A stretch of 64,000 nt of DNA, from IMG/VR virus record IMGVR_UViG_3300032242_000965, positions 1 through 64,000 of that record. One strand, 5' to 3'. Position 1 is the stretch's first letter. Every line of letters begins with the position of its first letter. Both the position numbers and the translations under genes were made by a program. Below, one piece after another: positions 56,404 through 64,000 of the stretch. The notes under the pieces were generated by a model. The model was given only the letters and a program-made list of their open reading frames with translations. It was not told the origin of the DNA and ran no database searches. The DNA comes from a virus.

Positions 56404-57519
56404 TTAAAAAGTAATAGTTTGTGAAGAATCGGTTATTGCATGGAACCATCTTTTACTAGCACCGCTTCCACTACTAGTAACTGTGCCACCAGTTAATGCT
56501 CGTGCAGACCATACATATGAGATAATAACTATACCTTGATATCCAGAAGTAGTATCTAGTCCACCATTTTTACTTGAACCGCCACCGCCACCTGAACCAT
56601 AATTTGTAGCATTTTGTCCCGGGCCATTACCGCCACCGCCAGAGCCGCCGGTGCCGCTATATGAACCTCCTCCGCCACCTGCGTAGGTTACACCATCTGT
56701 CCAAGTTAGTCCTGGTCCACCGTTATATCCTGAATTAGGTCCGCCTGCGCCACCACCTCCACCAATGCCTCCACCGCCACCATCATTTCCATATGCAGGT
56801 TGATTGCCAAAATTTCCAGATGTAGGTTTTGGTTGTGTTGAATAGCCGCCGCGTGGGCCACCTGATCCTCTATGACCTGAACTGCCGCCACCAGAGCCTC
56901 CATCACCACCAGCCATATCGTCTGAGCCTCCACCTAAGCCGCCGCCTATTGCAGTATAACCAAATGCAACAGTACTTCCGCCGTTACCCCCGACACCTCC
57001 GGATCCTATAGTAAATGAATATGATCCTCTAGGAAGATTAAAATTCGCATCAATTAAACCACCGGCGCCACCTCCACCGTTTTCCGCATTATTATCACTA
57101 CCTTGACGAGCATGTCCACCGCCACCACCGCCAAGTATTAATACATTTACAGGAAGTGGATTAGGTACACAAGTATTAGAACCATATGTAATATCTGTAT
57201 AGGTACCGTATGTGCCGTCATTTTTTATAGTATATAAATCAGAACCTGAGCAAGTTGCAGCTGGTTGTCCAGTTACCGAACCATATGGTTCGGGGCCTGC
57301 TTTGCCACGTAGTTGACTCATTGAAATATTAGTTCCAGACGGTGAGGCAGCACCACCATTATTAGCTAGTCTTCTGACTAACGGGTCATTAAATGATATA
57401 GGTAATAGAACATTATTAACTGAGTAATTGGTATCCCCATTACTATTTTGAGCGACATTTAATACTCCTCTAACATTGGAAATTGATAACGCTGCTGGGG
57501 AGGCTGTGGTTGTAGTCAT
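56404..57519 (-). CDS. Glycine-rich adhesin-like virion protein
   Basis: Many GGGG runs (polyglycine II-type), GIVIISY closure, ISMSQLRGK N-terminal motif; late promoter. Confidence 0.75.
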   Translation of the reverse strand: MTTTTASPAALSISNVRGVLNVAQNSNGDTNYSVNNVLLPISFNDPLVRRLANNGGAASPSGTNISMSQLRGKAGPEPYGSVTGQPAATCSGSDLYTIKNDGTYGTYTDITYGSNTCVPNPLPVNVLILGGGGGGHARQGSDNNAENGGGGAGGLIDANFNLPRGSYSFTIGSGGVGGNGGSTVAFGYTAIGGGLGGGSDDMAGGDGGSGGGSSGHRGSGGPRGGYSTQPKPTSGNFGNQPAYGNDGGGGGIGGGGGAGGPNSGYNGGPGLTWTDGVTYAGGGGGSYSGTGGSGGGGNGPGQNATNYGSGGGGGSSKNGGLDTTSGYQGIVIISYVWSARALTGGTVTSSGSGASKRWFHAITDSSQTITF

Positions 57520-59461
57520 TCATATATTTATCACAGTAATGCTGGTACAACCATGCCCAGTCATAAGTTAACATGAGTTTTTCTAATCCCCCGTTAACAG
57601 AATCATAGTATTCCATAGCATTTTTTGCACCTAGAATACTCATATTTCCATAATTACCATTACCCACTGTACTCCAACACTCTAGTCTATGCTTGGATTC
57701 CTCATCATTATAGTATTTCAACTTAATACATTCTCTGAAACTAGTTCTCCAGGTATCATATTCGCTTGAATTATATGTGCTAACACCGCTGTTAATTTTT
57801 ACTACTTCAGTGGGACTATCCATAGTATAATCTAATCTCTTGACTTCGGTATTCAATGTAAGTTTACGATTATTTGCTACTATTGCTTGATGTCCATATT
57901 CTAATCCATTGACTGGGTTGGTGCAAGTAAAGATATAGTGACGACTAGATTTCATTCTATTTGGTTGCCAACTAAAGTCAAAGTCATCATTTACTTTTAA
58001 CTTAGCGTTAACTAAAAAGTACCATGGTGTGGTTGATATATTTGCTGCGGCATGTTGGCTTTTAACTCGACCAACAACTCTATCAATTCTATGTATCTTG
58101 TTAGGTAGATTCTTTGTAATCTCTACCAAATGATTATAGTTGTCTTCAGCACAACTCTCCCCATTACTAAAGAATACAATGTCTAATGGTTCTACTTTAG
58201 TAGGGTATCTATGATAAAAAACTTCATGGTAGTCTGATAGTTTATCATATAACTTATAAACCACATCACTGGGTACTATTGCTTCACATTCATTGAGTAT
58301 ATGTAGATATGGTTTGTTTTCAGTATTCGGTAGTATATTTTTATAATCTAATGTAGGTGTACCTACATAAAAATGTACGTACTTACATGAAAACTGATGA
58401 TTTACTACCTCATCAAATATACTATCTATGCATGGTACTTGATTTATAGATAGTTTAGCAACTATATCAGTCATATATTTTGTACCTACACTATCACGTT
58501 GCCTATAGATAATTGTAGGCATACTCTCAGGAGTAAAATATTCATTACCAAATACATATGTATATGGTTCTTCCGTTTCATCGGGGTGCCAACTATAATC
58601 AAAATCATTTACACATTCTACAACTCTAAACTTTTTTGGCATAGGTAAACGTGTTGCGGTTTGTATATCACAATATTTCTTAACAGTGGCATTACGCATA
58701 CTATATATTGGTCCACCTGTCTTTTGCCATTGTGTGCCGAACTCATACATATAAGGTGGTTCAGTATCATCTGGATGCCAACTAAAATCAAAACTATCCA
58801 TGTCAATGCTTTCAGGAATAGTCCATCGTCTTAAACTAGGTAATCGGGTAGCAACTTGAATGTCATTATATTTTATAACTGATGCATCATCAGGTGTATA
58901 TCTTGGTCCACCTGTCTTTTGCCATTGTGTTCCGAACTGATGTATCAGACTAGGCTCATGTGGATGTGGTCTCCAACTATAATCAAAGTCTTCACTAATA
59001 TCATCTGGTATATACCAACGTTCTATTTCAGGCAATAACATTGCCTTGATATCATACATGTATTTCTTTTCTGTTGCACCTTTAACACGATATTGAAATG
59101 AAGGCATGGTATCAACATCATACCATTGATTACCAAATACATAGATAAAGGGTGGCTCGGTATCGTCTGGGTGCCAACTATAGTCAACTGTACAGTTATT
59201 GATTAATGGACGCCAACAACGATTATTAGTATCAGGCAGTCTTCTTGCTATCTGATGGCTTTGATATTTGATACCTTCACTTTCAGGTATAACGAATCTT
59301 GGTCCACCTGTCTTTTGATGTTGTGTTCCAAACTGATGTATATAAGGTCTATCATATGGATCCGGGCGCCAAGTAAAATCAAATTCACTTGTATCTAAAA
59401 AATCAGGGACTTCCCAATATCCTTGCTTGAACAATTCAAGTCTACGACTAACATCTATCAT
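57470..59461 (-). CDS. Five ~65-aa repeats fused to a degenerate GT-A-like domain
   Basis: D[FY][ST]W[HR]P-x3-[DE]-x-P ... FG[TN][QE] five times; C-terminal LDIVFFSNGE, NPVNGLEYG, WRTSFRECIKL. Confidence 0.75.
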   Translation of the reverse strand: MIDVSRRLELFKQGYWEVPDFLDTSEFDFTWRPDPYDRPYIHQFGTQHQKTGGPRFVIPESEGIKYQSHQIARRLPDTNNRCWRPLINNCTVDYSWHPDDTEPPFIYVFGNQWYDVDTMPSFQYRVKGATEKKYMYDIKAMLLPEIERWYIPDDISEDFDYSWRPHPHEPSLIHQFGTQWQKTGGPRYTPDDASVIKYNDIQVATRLPSLRRWTIPESIDMDSFDFSWHPDDTEPPYMYEFGTQWQKTGGPIYSMRNATVKKYCDIQTATRLPMPKKFRVVECVNDFDYSWHPDETEEPYTYVFGNEYFTPESMPTIIYRQRDSVGTKYMTDIVAKLSINQVPCIDSIFDEVVNHQFSCKYVHFYVGTPTLDYKNILPNTENKPYLHILNECEAIVPSDVVYKLYDKLSDYHEVFYHRYPTKVEPLDIVFFSNGESCAEDNYNHLVEITKNLPNKIHRIDRVVGRVKSQHAAANISTTPWYFLVNAKLKVNDDFDFSWQPNRMKSSRHYIFTCTNPVNGLEYGHQAIVANNRKLTLNTEVKRLDYTMDSPTEVVKINSGVSTYNSSEYDTWRTSFRECIKLKYYNDEESKHRLECWSTVGNGNYGNMSILGAKNAMEYYDSVNGGLEKLMLTYDWAWLYQHYCDKYMNDYNHSLPSSVINFQC

Positions 59462-60936
59462 GTGTGTACTTTAATACCATACATCTTTTCAAAACGTCTT
59501 GCGTCACCTTTGTCGTTGACCATAGGCTCACCACGTATGTTTAAACTTGTATTAAGTAACATAGGACATTCTGTCATTACATACCATTTTTCAAGGAGTT
59601 CTCGTATTCCGCTTCCATCATTAGGGACAGTTTGTACACGACTAGTCCCGTCAACATGAACGATAGCAGGAAATAAGTCAGGATTCCTACAAGTAGCGAC
59701 TGATTGCATATACCTACTGTTATTGAAACCACGAGGCATAACAAAATACTGATTAGCATACTCTTCCAGAATAACTGGCGCAAAGGGTCTGAACTTTTGT
59801 CTGCGTTTAATTTCATTTACTTTCTCCTTAATTTCATTACCTCTAGGGTCTGCTAATAGACTACGATTACCTAATGCTCTAGGACCAAACTCTGCTCTAC
59901 CATTAGCAACACCTACTATGTCGCCTCTAAGCAAACTATCAAGTAATTTATTAACAGGATATTTACCTTTTATATCATATCCTAGAAATGCATCTTTCCA
60001 ATCAAGTTTATAATTGAAGCCTAAGGCAGCAGCACCTAAACTACTACCGGCATCCCCTGGATTAGGCATAATCCAAATATTATCAAAATGTTTACTTAGA
60101 TATTGGTTTGCTACACAATTTAATGCAACACCGCCACCATATACTAAATTTCTACTTTCACCGATTATTCTAGCACGTTGCATTACATTATGAATCAATT
60201 TTTCAACTATATATTGACTACTTGTTGCAATATCAATATTGTCTGCACCTTCTAAAAAATCATCAGACACACCTATGTGTAGATTATGTTTGAATTCTAT
60301 GTCTGTACTAGAAATCAATAATTGGTCATACATATCTATGTATTCAGACATGTCTCCATATGCAGCCATGCCCATTAGAATATATTCTTCTTCATTGGGT
60401 TTTAGTCCCACACGCTTAGTCATTGCACTATAGAATAGTCCTATACTGTTTGGATATCGTTGACTCCATAACTTAGTGTAATTAGGGCCTTTATTAGTAT
60501 AACGTGCATCCCAAATACTAATAGTATCGAACTCACCTATAGCATCAATAATAACTACAGTAGCATCAACAAAACTACTAGTTTGAAATCCTGCTGCCGC
60601 ATGTGTCAAATGATGTCCATGTGTATGTATTTTTCTATTCTCAAACATATTGTGAATATCATTACCTATAATATTCTTGGCAAATAATGTATTGAATCTA
60701 GGTTTCTGTCCTGCACGTAGTTGACGTAGGTATTTTAGTGTTGGGTTTTCATAGTAATGAAGTTCATAGTCATCACTAATATATGACAATGCATCCTCTA
60801 CTAATCGTGGGTGTAGATTCTTATCATTTTTAATCTTGCTGTATCGTTCACTATGCCCGGCAAAAACTATGTTGCCACCACTGATAACACTTATACTAGC
60901 ATCGTGAAAGCCTGCGCTAATTCCTATGTAATCCAT
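59458..60936 (-). CDS. Carbamoyltransferase (NodU/CmcH/TobZ family)
   Basis: FHDAS, ERYS, HHLTHA, DAIGE, GGVALNC, GDAG, EFGPRALGNRS, FRPFAP, LNTSLN. Confidence 0.95.
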   Translation of the reverse strand: MDYIGISAGFHDASISVISGGNIVFAGHSERYSKIKNDKNLHPRLVEDALSYISDDYELHYYENPTLKYLRQLRAGQKPRFNTLFAKNIIGNDIHNMFENRKIHTHGHHLTHAAAGFQTSSFVDATVVIIDAIGEFDTISIWDARYTNKGPNYTKLWSQRYPNSIGLFYSAMTKRVGLKPNEEEYILMGMAAYGDMSEYIDMYDQLLISSTDIEFKHNLHIGVSDDFLEGADNIDIATSSQYIVEKLIHNVMQRARIIGESRNLVYGGGVALNCVANQYLSKHFDNIWIMPNPGDAGSSLGAAALGFNYKLDWKDAFLGYDIKGKYPVNKLLDSLLRGDIVGVANGRAEFGPRALGNRSLLADPRGNEIKEKVNEIKRRQKFRPFAPVILEEYANQYFVMPRGFNNSRYMQSVATCRNPDLFPAIVHVDGTSRVQTVPNDGSGIRELLEKWYVMTECPMLLNTSLNIRGEPMVNDKGDARRFEKMYGIKVHT

Positions 60937-60937
60937 A

Positions 60938-61039
60938 TCAATATATAAATGGGTCTTTTTTCTTCAACTCTTTGAGTCGTTTACGATACTTATACTCTCT
61001 AAGTATATTCTGATATATTCTCTTAAAAAACTCAATCAT
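60938..61039 (-). CDS. 33-aa basic microprotein ending DPFIY
   Basis: Hand-translated MIEFFKRIYQNILREYKYRKRLKELKKKDPFIY; ATGA-coupled upstream, 1 nt before the carbamoyltransferase ATG. Confidence 0.7.
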   Translation of the reverse strand: MIEFFKRIYQNILREYKYRKRLKELKKKDPFIY

Positions 61040-61869
61040 TTTATTACCTCAAAAAATTTAGTCACTACCGAGTCTTGGTGTAGATTTCCCGGATGCGATA
61101 TTATACCGTTTTTACCGTTCTTATGTTTATTCATATCTCTTGCACGATTCATATGTATAGATTCCGGATATTCAAAATTTTCATAGTACAGTGGGATATC
61201 TGCATAAACTGTAGGATATCTGTCAGTAAATTTACTTTTTTCCATATCCTGACAGGAACTCATTTCAAATAACGGAATATTTGCCAAATCACATATTAGC
61301 TTAATAGTTTTTCGAATGTTATCAAATCTATTGAAAACTTGATGATCCATAACAATAAAATCTTCATATGTTCTTTTCCAATGATTGTTTGTTATAAGGT
61401 TTGGTAACAAAAAACTTACACAGGTATCATCTAACCAGTAGAAATTACGATAGACTGGAGGCCAGTTTATAAAAACTACTTTTGGTTTCTTAGGTGCATT
61501 AGTCATTAAATTTATAAAATTATAATATACAAAATCAACACTACTACCACTTATACTTGCATTAACATAGTCAACATTAGCCTGTTGTGCTATTTTATAA
61601 AAAAATGTATCTGTTACATGTAACCCTATCCCAACTGTAAAACTACAACCGAAAAAAGCATAGTAGTTATCATAGTCAACATCTTCTAACTCTTTCATTC
61701 TATAACCCAATTTGTTAAACTTATATGTTATTGGGTTATTGTAGTAATACCAATCAGATCCATATAACTTCATATTACGATTATATAATTCTTCTGTGTC
61801 AGTCAACGCAAAGGGAATTTCAATCGAAATTAAGTCTATATGAGGTGATTTTAACAAAATATCCATCAC
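61036..61869 (-). CDS. SGNH/GDSL-like hydrolase or acyltransferase-fold protein
   Basis: FNKLGYR, FGCSFTVG (block I), NASISG, D ... HPG. Confidence 0.7.
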   Translation of the reverse strand: MMDILLKSPHIDLISIEIPFALTDTEELYNRNMKLYGSDWYYYNNPITYKFNKLGYRMKELEDVDYDNYYAFFGCSFTVGIGLHVTDTFFYKIAQQANVDYVNASISGSSVDFVYYNFINLMTNAPKKPKVVFINWPPVYRNFYWLDDTCVSFLLPNLITNNHWKRTYEDFIVMDHQVFNRFDNIRKTIKLICDLANIPLFEMSSCQDMEKSKFTDRYPTVYADIPLYYENFEYPESIHMNRARDMNKHKNGKNGIISHPGNLHQDSVVTKFFEVIK

Positions 61870-63290
61870 AACCCTTTGAACTCATTATACATAGGAACTA
61901 ATTCAGGATATGTCTCAGTAAAGTTTGTTCCCCTGCGTCTATCATGTTCATCTACAAATGTAACAAAATCTTTACGTTTTGTATTAATGTTAACACTAGG
62001 AGAATTCAATTCTGTTTGTATAATATTATAAATTCTACGCAATTTGTAAATCTCATGTTCATAGAATCCTTTGTACTCTTCTCCGGGTACATTAGTTTCT
62101 TGATTATCTTCCATGAACTTAATTTGTTCTTCTACATAATGTAATAACGATTCTGGTATAATGTAACTTGCTTGATGTTCAGGGTGACGTAGATAAGGCA
62201 TATCTAGCACAATAGGAGTTCTATGATTTTGATATGCAACATGTCTATACTTCAATCTTAGTTGTAGCACATCATTTAGAAATTTAGTATAGCTAGGAAT
62301 GCTTAGTATATTATATGTACTCATTAAACTAATAGCAGCGCCGGGTACTTCATTAATCATGCGTTCAATGTTATGTAGCCATTGATTATAGTTCATTCCA
62401 TAACGTATATACTCAGCCTGTGCTCCATGTGCCTCTGCAGAGGTAAAAATTTGTAAATGCATTACTTTCTTACCCTCTTGTATAATCTTTAGTTTTTCAA
62501 TAAACTTATCATACAGTTCATCCGGCACATTCATATTAGTGTTTACACTAAATGTTAAATTGGGGTTAGGATTCTCAATGATATAGTCAAGTACTTTGAA
62601 TGTGTTTTTACTTAATAAAGGTTCTCCACCTGTAATACGAAACTGTTTTAATTCGTTATACATAGTAGGCCACCAACGCCAAAACGCTTCTACATAAGGA
62701 TTATCTTGATTGTTGGGTATAGGCATTTGTTGATTCTGTTTGAACCAATCTAAGTTATTAAATTTAGTTGTAGTAGGATAAGCGCCATATCGTTCAATTT
62801 CTTCCATCCATTGACTACTGATATTAGGACTACAGTAACTACATTTAAAGTTACACACACTACTGAAACTAACTTCTACATAACTAGGATCAACATTATC
62901 ATCCCAAGGCTTACTAGCAATGTCTTGTATATGACCATGTGCCCAAGTAGTGTCAGCACTTTTATAAGTTCTATCACTATATCTATTACCACTATCTTCT
63001 GCTCTCCAACAATAGTCACATTCGCTAGGACGCACGCCTTCAAGCATTAGTTTACGTTGGCTCTTTTTGAATTCTGTATTATGTAGTGCGGTTGGATTCT
63101 TGCGTAGTTCTTCTAATGGAACTACGTGTGTACCTGGGTGATGACAACTATGTGTATGTCCGTTTTGTAAGTGTAGTGTAACTTGCTTCCATTTAGCTAC
63201 ACAAAAACTAGAACTTACCTTGTTTAACTCAACATAAGTATTTTCTAAATGTTCTGCGTATTCTTCTTCTTTTGTTTTTTTCATTACCAA
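61866..63290 (-). CDS. Radical SAM protein with N-terminal twitch-like domain
   Basis: FCVAKW, SCHH, ECDYCW, CNFKCSYC, TGGEPL. Confidence 0.9.
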   Translation of the reverse strand: MVMKKTKEEEYAEHLENTYVELNKVSSSFCVAKWKQVTLHLQNGHTHSCHHPGTHVVPLEELRKNPTALHNTEFKKSQRKLMLEGVRPSECDYCWRAEDSGNRYSDRTYKSADTTWAHGHIQDIASKPWDDNVDPSYVEVSFSSVCNFKCSYCSPNISSQWMEEIERYGAYPTTTKFNNLDWFKQNQQMPIPNNQDNPYVEAFWRWWPTMYNELKQFRITGGEPLLSKNTFKVLDYIIENPNPNLTFSVNTNMNVPDELYDKFIEKLKIIQEGKKVMHLQIFTSAEAHGAQAEYIRYGMNYNQWLHNIERMINEVPGAAISLMSTYNILSIPSYTKFLNDVLQLRLKYRHVAYQNHRTPIVLDMPYLRHPEHQASYIIPESLLHYVEEQIKFMEDNQETNVPGEEYKGFYEHEIYKLRRIYNIIQTELNSPSVNINTKRKDFVTFVDEHDRRRGTNFTETYPELVPMYNEFKGL

Positions 63291-64000
63291 CCTTCTAATT
63301 TTCTGATTATATCAATCTCTCTCACTAGAGGTCCTTGATTATATCTATCATTGTTATAATTACGTTTAAAGAATTTACTTTGCATTTTGTCAAAGGTGCA
63401 CATTGGTAATCCTAATTTATCACTCAACGGTACACCTATCATAGTCATCTCACGCATAGTATCTTTATCTTTATATTCTTCCCACATCGCTATAAAATTA
63501 TCAAACCATTGCACATTCTTTGCATCCCAATCTGTAAGCATAGTCATATATGTACCTAGTCTTGCACCGTAGATTGCCCAATCACCATTCTCTACATCCA
63601 TACCCACATTATGCCATATAGTTAAATTATTAAGATTGCGACCTGCAACTTTACGTTTAAAATCTTCTATAGATGGCTTTACTCCACCATCTAAGCACAT
63701 CTTTACACCTTCACGGAAGCCAGCACGCCAGGCTTGAAAGGGAGTATAGTTGGGATATGTCGTGCTATAACAATCATTCATACTCCAGTATAAAGTATTT
63801 TTATAATCTAAACAAAAGTCAATAGTACTATCATCACTGCCGTCGCTATTCTCATGTGTACGCATGTTCATTACATACTCTTTAGTCCATGAACTCATGC
63901 CACCATTACCATATACTAATCCATTAATGTTGTTAATTGCCTTCCAACGATACTGTGCTTGTTTGTATATAGGATCTTTGTCAGTAAAATCTAATACAAG
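63284..64000 (-). CDS. GT-A-like protein (5' end beyond the window)
   Basis: Frame open to the window end: ...NNINGLVYGNGG ... AWRAGFREGVKM; paralog of the C-terminal domain of 57470-59461. Confidence 0.7.
   Translation of the reverse strand, partial: LVLDFTDKDPIYKQAQYRWKAINNINGLVYGNGGMSSWTKEYVMNMRTHENSDGSDDSTIDFCLDYKNTLYWSMNDCYSTTYPNYTPFQAWRAGFREGVKMCLDGGVKPSIEDFKRKVAGRNLNNLTIWHNVGMDVENGDWAIYGARLGTYMTMLTDWDAKNVQWFDNFIAMWEEYKDKDTMREMTMIGVPLSDKLGLPMCTFDKMQSKFFKRNYNNDRYNQGPLVREIDIIRKLEGW

Noticed and set aside
58710-59330. Three near-identical GGTCCACCTGTCTTTTG copies as DGR or CRISPR repeats
   Set aside because: They encode the QKTGGP motif of the protein repeat; no adenine-specific mismatch pattern and no RT gene
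879-63572. Other plus-strand and nested ORFs in the track
   Set aside because: They overlap well-supported minus-strand genes, lack RBS or promoter and have antisense-like composition; only 9894-10283 and 36723-37541 were accepted
1-64000. Stop-codon reassignment, inteins or introns in core genes
   Set aside because: Terminase, helicases, RecA and ThyA are full length and uninterrupted in the standard code

Overview
AT-rich 64 kb segment of a large T4-related (jumbo-type) dsDNA myophage genome, almost entirely encoded on the minus strand in the standard genetic code. All protein calls come from motif recognition by eye; no database search was run. Core genes: helicase, primase, clamp-loader small subunit, UvsW/UvsX/UvsY, gp32 SSB, terminase large subunit, tail-fibre and baseplate-like proteins, spanins and ThyA. 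Auxiliary genes: IscU/IscA, rubrerythrin/rubredoxin, a fatty-acid desaturase, an outer-membrane beta-barrel, a secreted nuclease, MoxR/VWA proteins, a DNA methyltransferase and a radical SAM/carbamoyltransferase/GT-like cluster. The host is Gram-negative, plausibly a betaproteobacterium (inference). Most notable: (1) a circularly permuted two-piece tmRNA (tag ANDSQFALAA) whose 108-nt intervening segment appears to fold on its own; (2) a late-promoter PlcP+Agt-like pair suggesting phage-driven phospholipid-to-glycolipid remodelling that frees phosphate; (3) a 193-aa minimal Pol III alpha core coupled to a DEDDh exonuclease; (4) an eight-member family of small F-x-L-[RK]-W proteins; (5) putative capsid-packaged proteins, including an RNA-ligase-like enzyme and a polyprotein with GVAE-bounded cassettes; (6) promoters that reuse the upstream stop codon, and many apparently leaderless genes. 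No CRISPR array, tRNA, rRNA, IS element or reverse transcriptase was seen.
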